Of a stretch of DNA of 41,885 nt, positions 10,923 to 20,340 are shown one piece after another. The DNA is from Octopus bimaculoides (lineage: Eukaryota): NCBI RefSeq assembly GCF_001194135.2, contig NC_069002.1, positions 28,785,208 to 28,827,092 of the forward strand, given 5' to 3'. Each line of letters starts with the position of its first letter. Within the stretch, counting starts at the first letter, position 1. Below the pieces are notes generated by a model. The model was not told the DNA's origin. It saw nothing but the letters and a program-made list of their open reading frames with translations, and ran no database searches. A program made the translations under genes and the position numbers.

Positions 10923-11478
10923 CAGGGTGGAGCATAAAGATCTCCCACATTTGGAGGAGGCACCCTGTAAAGAAAAGTAAAAGTAGAGAGGCAAGATAGG
11001 TCCCATATGGAGGATTAAGATCTACCGTTTTTACTACTTATCACAAACTACTCAAAGACATTATGTTAGGTTCTACCATTTTCGTATTCATTATTAATTA
11101 CTCAAAACCTTTGAGGGAGGACGTGGGGTGGCCGGCAAGGTCACCAGATTTAAGCCCTTATGACTTTTTCCTTTGTGGGTACCTAAAGGAAAAAGTTTTC
11201 CGACATCGCCTTCGAACTCTTGAGGATTTGAAAGAAAGGATTGGTGATGAAATCAACACAATACCACCTGAGATGACACCGAGAGTCGTGGAGAACTGGG
11301 AACGACTGAATCAATGTATTGCCAACAACGACCGCCATTTGCCTAATACAGTTTTTAAAACCAAGTAAAATAAACTGTTTTTCTATGTACTTTTCAGAAA
11401 CTAACAAATTTTTTCCTGGGTGGTTGTGTTCTCCTTTTATATCCATTCACAATGTGGAGATCTTTATACTCCACCTTG
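10923..11478 (+). mobile_element. Internally deleted Tc1/mariner-superfamily element with TIRs and TA target duplication
   Basis: Left end TA|CAGGGTGGAGCATAAAGATCTCCCACATT and right end AATGTGGAGATCTTTATACTCCACCTTG|TA form about 28-bp TIRs with 2 mismatches and 1 indel. Confidence 0.88.
11117..11368 (+). pseudogene. Transposase C-terminal remnant (WPARSPDLSPYDFFLCGYLKEKVF; rosa/DD41D-like signature)
   Basis: The motif WP.RSPDL.P.DFFLWGYLK is typical of D-ending mariner-like clades. The N-terminal HTH and first two catalytic Asp residues are absent. Confidence 0.8.
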
Positions 11479-11501
11479 TATATGTATATGAGAAAAGAGA
11501 C

Positions 11502-11657
11502 GACAAAGTAATAAACGATTATCTTATGAACTTCATTAGCTCACAGCTGTTTCTGCTATAAGATATGGTAGACTCGTAGTTGGGTGCCTGAGTAAGACAT
11601 TAGTTTCATCAGAACCTCAGTCATGAAGTTCATAAGAGAATCGTTTATTCCTTTGTC
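11502..11657. repeat. Short inverted repeat, 35-bp arms with 2 mismatches
   Basis: gacaaagtaataaacgattatcttatgaacttcat (11502-11536) versus atgaagttcataagagaatcgtttattcctttgtc (11623-11657). Confidence 0.8.
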
Positions 11658-12499
11658 ATTTCTTTCTTATCAACGCTCTATATTCGACTAACACTTCGTT
11701 CAGAAGCATGCATATATTGAGTCCTACACCAGGTTATTAGTTCCGTAATGCCTAAGCAAAGTTTTAAAACATGTGTGTATGTGTGCGTGAGTGTGTTGAA
11801 AATGAAGCGCAATAAATTCCCTTGTAAGCTTCGTGACAAATCCAACTGGGATTATTAGAATATGCAAAGTATTCCAGGAGTTTCAATGCATGTTAGCTTG
11901 GGTAATTAAGAAAATCCCTGAAAACTCAGTTCTTGATTAAAGCGTGCAAAAATAGACATAAAATAGTTAGATTGGAACACAAACTGAAAAGATTTTCTAA
12001 GCAGGGGATTAACAAATAGGTTTAGTGTGTGACACAAAAACAAATTAACTACAAATCGAAGAGAGTAGAAAATAAAAAGAAAAAGAAAGAAAGCGCGAAT
12101 CACAGAGATAATGAGAAAACCGTCGATTCGAAAAAAATAAAATGGAGAAACAAAATGGCGCGAAAATGAAAGGATTATAGTGTTGAGTTAAAGAAGTTAA
12201 TAGGGTTTGTACAATATTAACTTTCGAAAAAGTGTAAAGGAAAAGTAAAAGGTTCAAGAGATAGATCGAGAAACGATAGAGACGTGTGTATAAAATACGG
12301 TAGACATGATGAGAGAGAGAGAAGGGGAGAGAGAGAGAGAGAGATAGAGAGAGACAGTAGTGCTTTGTGTTATTGCATACTTCGATAAAAAGCCATTAGA
12401 AATTACCGTATATGTTATGTTATATTATAATATATATATTTACACACACAAACACACACAGAAGTATCTCAAAGGTAAAACACACCTCTCATTTTATAT

Positions 12500-12880
12500 A
12501 TGCGCGCGCGCGCGTATGTACATATGTATATATACATGCATATATATATATATATATATATAAATATTCATACACACACACACACATACATACCTATATG
12601 TATGAGTATATATATATATATGTGTATATATATTTTTATATATACATACATTTATACATGCATACATACGTATATCTATTTATTTATCTATCTATACATA
12701 CATATATACATATATATATATGTGTGTGTGTGTGTGTGTATACGTATGTATGAATGTGTGTGTGTATACGTATGTATGAATGTGTGTGTATACATATGTA
12801 TGAATGTGTGTGTATATGTATGTATGAATATGTGTGTGTGTGTGTATAGGTATGTATGAATGTATGTATGTATGTGTGCA
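12500..12880. repeat. Compound (TA)/(TG)/(TATG) microsatellite
   Basis: Directly visible. Confidence 0.95.
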
Positions 12881-13249
12881 TTTAGCGTTTATATTGTATG
12901 ATGAGATCGTCGCTAGAAATTTAATCAGAAGATAAATGATATTTAGATGATATCCATAAAAGAAGTTAATCATTAAAACGCGAGATATTGAAGATAAAAT
13001 GATGTATCTCGTTGAATAAACAAAATCGTGACAGACGAGACCAGCGTCGACGTTAAGACTTGTCATCAACGCAAGCATGTTTTGGTTCGTCCTACATATC
13101 CGTTAAGGCATTACTAAATATCTGATGTAACAGAAGATATTGAGATAAGTCGTGTTTACTTAGATGAAAATGCACACAGATTATAAAAATCTACTGATTT
13201 AATGTGGAAAGCCACTTAGATGATTACAAATGGTATTAACATGAAGATA

Positions 13250-13605
13250 CATAAACATACATACACACACGCACACACACATGCACATATATATGCATGT
13301 GTATAAATATTAACGTAAATATGTATGTATATATGTATATGTATGTATGTATGTATGTATATGTGTGTGTTTGTGTATTATATATGTTTATATATCTGTG
13401 TGTATATATATATATGTGTATATATATGTGTATATATATATATATCTGTATATATGTATGCATGTATATGTGTGTGTATGTATATATGTATGTATATATA
13501 TATGTGTGTGTGTATGTATGTATATATATATGTATGTATGTATATATATGTGTGTATGTATATATGTGTGTGTATGTATATATGTATATGTATGTATATA
13601 TGTGC

Positions 13606-13645
<40 letters not shown>

Positions 13646-13947
13646 ATATATATATGTGTGTGTGTGTATAGACACACACATACATATGTATTGCTTATTC
13701 CGTCGAAAATGGCTTCATCTTATGAAAGCTATTACTAATAGTTTCTAACATATAAAATATCTTTGCAGATTCAACGAGAAAAACCTAACAACTTTCGCCA
13801 TTAGTTTTTAAGAAGGCATTTAAAGGAGAATTTGTGGTAAGCTAAGCAGATAATTCATAGAAAAATTTTTAATCTCTACAATTTATTGAATATTTATTGA
13901 ATTTTATTGAATATATTTGGAAATATTAATGAATTGACTCACTCAAC

Positions 13948-14013
<66 letters not shown>

Positions 14014-14375
14014 CGTGTGTGTGTGTGTGTGTGTGTATCTGCAAATACATTCATATATATATATATATATATGTATATATGTGTATATATATATGTATAT
14101 ATGTGTGTATATATGTATATATGTGTATATATATATATGTGTATATATATATATATGTATGTATATATATATGTATGTATATATATATGTATATATGTGT
14201 ATATATATATGTATATATGTGTATATATATATATATATGTATGTATATGTGTATATATATATATGTGTATATATATATATATATATGTATGTATATATGT
14301 ATGTATATATATATATGCATATATATATGTATATATATTACGTTTATATATGTATGTATGATGTATTTATGCATA
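13250..14375. repeat. Two long compound (TA)/(TG) microsatellite tracts (13250-13690, 13950-14375)
   Basis: Directly visible; source of the YI/CV-rich ORFs. Confidence 0.95.
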
Positions 14376-14708
14376 ATACGTCTAGTCTATTTCTAGTTTC
14401 AATAACGTAACATTTATCCAGCTCTGCTATGGCTTTTAGACTCCTTACATATCTCCATTTTGAAGAATTCTAATCTTTTAATTTCACTGTGCAATATCTT
14501 TTAATATATTTCAAGAAATAAAAAAATTTGTCTGACCCTTGAGAAACCTCGAGTGTCACATAATTCTATATTGTCAATTGCTTCTTACTTATACATAATC
14601 GGTGATTTGTAAGAGAATAACAGTAATATATTTATTTCGCGTAGTTTACGATTTACATTTTAATCTGCAGATGGTTAGCAAGATAACCGTTGGAGATTAG
14701 GCGATGCC

Positions 14709-14870
14709 ATCGAACCCAGTACTTGACTGGTACTTAATTCTATCGATTCCGAAGTGATGAAAGTTAAACTTCACCTTGGTGGAATTTGAACTCGGAACGT
14801 AAAGTGCCGGAAGAAATGCCGATAAGCATTAAGTTTGATGCGCTAACGATTCTGCCAGTGAGCCGCCTTA
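14709..14870 (-). mobile_element. tRNA-derived SINE family B (central gcctttcatc..tcggggtcgataaaataagtaccag domain, Meta-like)
   Basis: Reverse complement aligns with 16597-16760. The domain name is from memory. Confidence 0.7.
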
Positions 14871-14970
14871 AATAGATCGATCTCACCTCTAAACTACTTG
14901 TACTTATGCCTGCCATCAATATTTATAGAACCATAGTCATTTTGTTGCGCAGAGATGGTTTACGACACAC

Positions 14971-15287
14971 AAGCGTAGCTATGTGGATAAGAAGCTTGCT
15001 TTGTAACCTGTGGTTTTGGGTTCAGTCCCACAGCACAGCACATTGAGTAGGTGTCTTCTATTACAGCCCAGGGCCCACCCATGTCATGTGAGTGAATTTA
15101 GTTAGTGGAAACTGTGCGGAATCCCCTCGTATATATGCGTTTGTCCTTGTGTTCTTGTGTTTTACTTTGTCTCTCCAACGGCTTGACAATCAGCGTTGGT
15201 TAGTTTACTTCCACGTAACTTAGCGGTTTGGCAAAAGAACGAACAGATTAAGTACCAAACTTGAAAAATAAGTTTTGGGGTCAATTT
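14971..15287 (+). mobile_element. SINE family A copy interrupted at ggggtcaatt by the hammerhead element
   Basis: Head and body are colinear with family A. The sequence resumes after the insertion as ggggccaattcgttcagctaaa (15742-15763). Confidence 0.75.
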
Positions 15288-15568
15288 CAGTTCTATATCT
15301 AAGAATTGAGGAATTATGTACATTCCTTACATTTGACGGATATTTGTCCTCATCTTGTTTGTTAACACGTTTCCTCCAGCTTTCAATAGGTGTCTTGGGG
15401 AAATTTCGAACCTAGGTTCTCATTCCTAAGGTAATTTTCGATGTTGTTGTTGTGGTTATTATTATTATTATCATTATTATTATTCAGATCACTGCCTGGA
15501 ATCGAACTCGGAATCTTGGGGTTAGTACCTTAACCACTACGCCATATGTCCATGGGCATATAATGATG

Positions 15569-15601
<33 letters not shown>

Positions 15602-15740
15602 TCGAAAAATACCTTAGGAATGAGAACCCAGGTTCAAAATTTCCCCCAAAACACCTGATGAAGGCTGGAGGGTATATCAGCCGAAACGTTGTGTTAACAA
15701 ACAAGATGAGGACAAATATCCGTCAAATGTAAATAATGTA
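15288..15740. mobile_element. Inverted dimer of a tRNA-headed, hammerhead-bearing short retroelement (copy 1)
   Basis: The minus arm 15560->15288 has an A box (TGGCGTAGTGG, 15534-15544), a B box (GAGTTCGATTCC, 15498-15509), (AAT)n, body, a decayed hammerhead and ends ATAGAACTG. The plus arm 15561-15740 has (AAT)n, body and an intact hammerhead. The putative TSD is GGGGTCAATT / GGGGCCAATT. Confidence 0.8.
15650..15695 (+). ncRNA. Minimal type I hammerhead ribozyme, palindromic stem III (dimer type)
   Basis: AACAC CTGATGA A GGCTG GAGGGTATAT CAGCC GAAA CGTT GTGTT gives a 5-bp stem I, a 5-bp stem II and an AACGUU palindrome. Predicted cleavage is after GUU at 15690. Confidence 0.82.
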
Positions 15741-16596
15741 AGGGGCCAATTCGTTCAGCTAAACCTACAGATCTCATCAATTTTTGGAGCGTAACACCCG
15801 CAATAGTCGAGGGATTACTGTAGATATTAGGAATTCTATAAAAACAAATTAAAATATTAATTTGAGAGACAAAGAAAAACACAAGAACACAAGGACACAC
15901 GCATATATACGCGGGGGCTTTCGCACAGTTTCCACTAACCAAATATAACCAATTTATTGCAGATAAATTTTAATATTAGATGGCCCTCAGTTGAGAGCCG
16001 CTGAGCTAAACACTTCAAAATGGTGTCCCAGCATGGTCGCAGTGCAATGATTGACATAAATAAAATATAAAAGATTTTAAATCGTGTAAGCAGCAAATTT
16101 TCTGCGATTTTGTTTTCAAAACTTTGATCGATTCCTTTATCGCTAAATACCAAAGCTATTGACTCTGGTTGCAAGCAAAAATATATTTCTAAATCATTCG
16201 TATACTTTAATATTCCTTGTCATTGCATTTAAGCTCACACAGTTATTGACTGTTATTTCTAGCAGGAGATTTTGGGCGTATCTTTCATTTGATATACATG
16301 TAACAAAAAAGTACGTTTTTCGTTTATGTAAATCATTGTTCGTTTAATGAATATTTCTATCCATACTTTTCTCCTACAAAATATGTTTACTCAGACTTTT
16401 TTTAAGTCCAGGAAGTTCTTTACGGTTTGCATTTATGAGACATTCTTAAATGGCTATTATGTATGTACATTTTTCAAATTAAATTCACCTGAATTTCGTT
16501 TGGTGCAATTTTTTTTTCTTCCTGTGAATACAAATTAATTGTTGGAACTACGCAGTTTGAGGTAGTTTTCGTTCGGTATTATTTTGCTTCATCATT

Positions 16597-16997
16597 AAGG
16601 TGGCGAGCTGGCAGATTCGTTAGCACGTCAGACACAAAAGTTTAGCGGCATTTCGTCCGTCTTTACGCTCTTAGTTCAAATTCCGCTGAAGTCAACTTTG
16701 CCTTTCATCATTTCGGGGTCAATAAAATAACTACCAGTTGAGCACTGGGGTCGATGTAATCGGCTTAGCCCCTCCCCCAAAATCGCTGACCTGGTGTCAA
16801 AATTTGAAATCATTCTTTTGCTTAACTGAGACAGGGAGCTGGCACACAAAAATGCTTTGCGGCATTTCGTCCGTCTTTATGTTTTGAGTTCAAATTCCGC
16901 CGAAGTTTACTTTACCTTTCATCATTTTGGGGTCAGTGTAATTGACTGGTCTCCACCCCTAAAAATTTCAGGCCTTGTGCCTATAGTAGAAAAGATC
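16597..16997 (+). mobile_element. Two tandem SINE family B copies (16597-16812 and 16829-16997)
   Basis: Both share gcggcatttcgtccgtcttta.g...t.agttcaaattccgc.gaagt..acttt.cctttcatcatt..ggggtca; the second is internally deleted. Confidence 0.8.
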
Positions 16998-17029
16998 GTT
17001 TTACTCAATTGAAAGGTCTAATCTTCATG

Positions 17030-17300
17030 ATATACTTATTTAGACGCTTTGCTCCTTATGGAACCCAGGCCATTGACAACATGGCTGTTCTCGACTCGGG
17101 GCTGTTTTTTTTTTTTGCTGCTCTCCAATTGGAACTCTGCTTTTAAGGATCTGCCTCAGAATATCGCCTCTCTTGTGAATTCTAGGTGAGGTACTGATGG
17201 CGTGTATTGCAAGATGTTGCTCAAGGATTTTACAACACCTCGTCATGTGTTGCCCTGAGGGAAGGCCTTCCTCCCACAAAACCTGGTTTTGAATTTTCAT
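17030..17300 (-). mobile_element. Possible decayed RTE-like LINE 3' end
   Basis: Minus-strand fragments GGRPSLRATHDEVL and NWRAA precede an aagta-type tail; there are several stops. Confidence 0.25.
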
Positions 17301-17722
17301 CAATGCGTCTGTAACTTTGTTTTTTCTCTACATAGAAATCATGGGCCCTAAGCAAACCTATTTTACCGGTGGGAAGAGGCGGCCTATATTAAACAGGCCT
17401 CTACTCTTTGACATATCTAGAAAGGCGGCCTTTATGGAACACAAAGATCCGAGTTGGCACTCTGTGGCCAATTTGTTTACTAGGAGCAGTAAGATTATTA
17501 TTATTGCCAATTTTTGTTTCACAATGCTCAAGTTTAGGTTAGACATACTTAATTGTCAACACAAGAAAATTCTTAATTCACGAGAAAACTATGACGTATG
17601 ATTCAGCAACATGTCTGCAATTTATTAATAGATTTCCATCTTTTCATTTGTATGTATGTATGTATGTATGTATGTATGTATGTATGTACAAATATACGTA
17701 TATATCTATGTATATTATATTC

Positions 17723-17790
<68 letters not shown>

Positions 17791-18676
17791 AAGTAAAGTT
17801 GTGGAATACCGTACGAGTGGAAATATATATGAAAGAAGGTTTGAAAATGCACTTATTTTTTAAAAATATTTATTTACTTAACCGGTTTCACTTTTTTAGA
17901 AAAAGATTATCAAAAGTCTTTGAGAATAATAAAAAATGTTAAAAAACAGTCTGAGTATTAAAATGCATATATACATTCTTTGATGATAAAATATATTTAA
18001 AGTATAAAGCTATGCATAACTACATGTATGTGTGTATACATACATACATAAATAGATACATACTTAATACATATTTATACACACACATATACTCTCTCAC
18101 CCTCTGTCTATCTCTCTCTATCTCTCCCACCCATCTCTCCACACCCCCTCTCTCTGTCTCTATGTCTGTCTCTTTCTCTCACTAACACACACACACACAC
18201 ACACACACATTCTACATTAACTAAGACACAATAATTACCCCATTTCCGTTCCGTTTCCTCACCTGGTTTGCTTAATGAGATCTCTATTAGGTGTTTCTTC
18301 CGTTCTGCATGTAATTATTGATATGTATCTCAATTGTCAAGACACATCGAGACCTGTTACATCGCCAAATCGCGCGATAAACACCATCTTTTATTTTCTT
18401 ATATAATCAGATGCCTCCCTTAGCATCTATCTATCTATCTATTTATCTATCTATCTATCTACCTATCTATCTATCTGTCTGTCTGTCTGTCTAATTTCTA
18501 TATCTTTCTTATTTCTCTCTTTCTTTTGCTGTCTCTATTCTTTGTTGTTCTCCCATATGCACACACACACACATATAAATAAATAAAAGGAAAAATACAC
18601 ATTGTATACAGGACATCAACTAGTGAAAAATACATAAACACGCGAGAGATAAGTAGAGGACAAAATAGCCCAAAAA

Positions 18677-18713
<37 letters not shown>

Positions 18714-18723
18714 NNNNNNNNNN

Positions 18724-18758
<35 letters not shown>

Positions 18759-19459
18759 GGTGTGTATGTATGTATATATATATATATATATGAGAACCTG
18801 ATACATATATGAAGTAATGCTAATGCGTTTAACTTGTGTTATATGTTACGTATTTCTTCAACATTATCTTATACTGGAACTATAGAGTATCTAAATATAC
18901 TTTACATCATAGTGGAACTTACAGCGCACCGGTTTTTGCGACGTTCTGCGTCTTTCAGTGCTTCCGTATACGTGCATGCATACATACATACATTTATATA
19001 TATGTGTGTATATAAAAACGCCATAAATATCAGAGAGAAGAAAAATTTGCCTGAGCAGCGGCCAGTTTGAACACTAGAGGCATCTCGGTCTTCTTGGGTC
19101 TTTTCAATGGGGCATCCTTGTAGACAGTCACATCCTCGGAAATCGAGATATTGGAAAAGGTGAGTAAAACATTCACTTTCGGCTGTTGCACACTTCCGTC
19201 CTGGCTGCTTCAAAAGCCGACAGACATCGAAAGAATCAACGGGTTAGCCTCTATGTGGTTATTCAAACTGCTAGAAATAACTACAATTCCGCTAACTGAA
19301 ACGGCTGTAACGTCAATTCGAATTCTTCTTTTCCGAATTCTGATGAAAATTCCAGCCACTGTCTTATATGTAAAAAAGGAAGTCATTCCTGCCACCAAAT
19401 AACCATTGCAGTTTTTCTACAACCTACAATTACCTACGCGTCTGTTTCCCAAAGCATTC

Positions 19460-19950
19460 ATCATAAATAACAACAACAACAACAACGTACCACATGTACC
19501 AAAGCAATTATGACTATATCAAGCAAACATCTACCGCCATCACGACCATCTTCACCGTCACTACCTCCAGCATCATCACTATCATCATCGCCACTACCAC
19601 AAAAAATCACTGCCATCGCCATCACCACCAACAACACTACCGTCACAAACAGCAACAGCTGTTTCCACCACCACCACCACAACAACCACCACCACCGCCA
19701 CTACCATCACCACCACCACTGCCACTACCACCACCACCTTCACCACAGCCACCATCACCGTCGCTACCGCTGCCGCCACCACTACCAACATCATCATCTC
19801 CATCACCACCTCCGTTGTCACCACCGCCACCACCTCTACCACTACCACCACCACCACAACAACAACAATAACCACAACTATCACCATCACAACCACAACC
19901 ATCACTCCACCACCACCACCAAAACAACAACAACAACAACCAATATGAAA
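19460..19950. repeat. Compound (CAC/CAT/CAA) trinucleotide microsatellite; a similar tract lies at 20690-21040
   Basis: Directly visible; generates poly-His/Pro/Val ORFs in all frames. Confidence 0.9.
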
Positions 19951-19962
19951 ACTAAAATAGAA

Positions 19963-20133
19963 CATTATTTACATTATTTACATTTGACGGATATTTGTCC
20001 TCATCTTGTTTGTTGTTAACACAACATTTCGGCTGATATACCCTCCAGCCTTCATCAGGTGTCTTGGGGAAATTGCAAACCTGGGTTCTCATTTCTAAGC
20101 TATTATTCAATGTTGCTGTTGTTGTTGTTGTTG

Positions 20134-20182
<49 letters not shown>

Positions 20183-20340
20183 ATCGAAAAATACCGTAGG
20201 AATGAGAACTCAGGTTCGAAATTTCCCCAAGATACCTGATGAAGGCTGAAACGTTGTGTTAACAGCAAACAAGATGAGGACAAATAACCGTCAATTGTAA
20301 ATAATGTATATAATTCCTCATCTCTTAAATATAGAACTGT
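19963..20340. mobile_element. Inverted dimer of the same hammerhead-bearing element (copy 2) with a perfect 12-bp TSD
   Basis: ACTAAAATAGAA occurs at 19951-19962 and 20341-20352. The minus arm 19963-about 20180 and plus arm about 20183-20340 are joined at (TTG)/(TTA)n. Confidence 0.88.
20018..20063 (-). ncRNA. Minimal type I hammerhead ribozyme (same family as 15650-15695)
   Basis: Minus strand GACAC CTGATGA A GGCTG GAGGGTATAT CAGCC GAAA TGTT GTGTT; one C>T change in stem III gives a U.G wobble. Confidence 0.75.

Noticed and set aside
13769-13836. Plus-strand exon-like segment (tttgcag|...|gtaagc)
   Set aside because: 68 nt with stops in all frames and no other support; a similar unsupported acceptor lies at about 22090.
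15486-15560. tRNA gene
   Set aside because: It has A and B boxes but the anticodon arm is partly deleted and there is no acceptor stem; it is a SINE head.
19461-20019. Pro-, His-, Gly- and Val-rich ORFs resembling extensin or His-rich proteins
   Set aside because: Compound trinucleotide microsatellite open in several frames on both strands, with no unique coding context.
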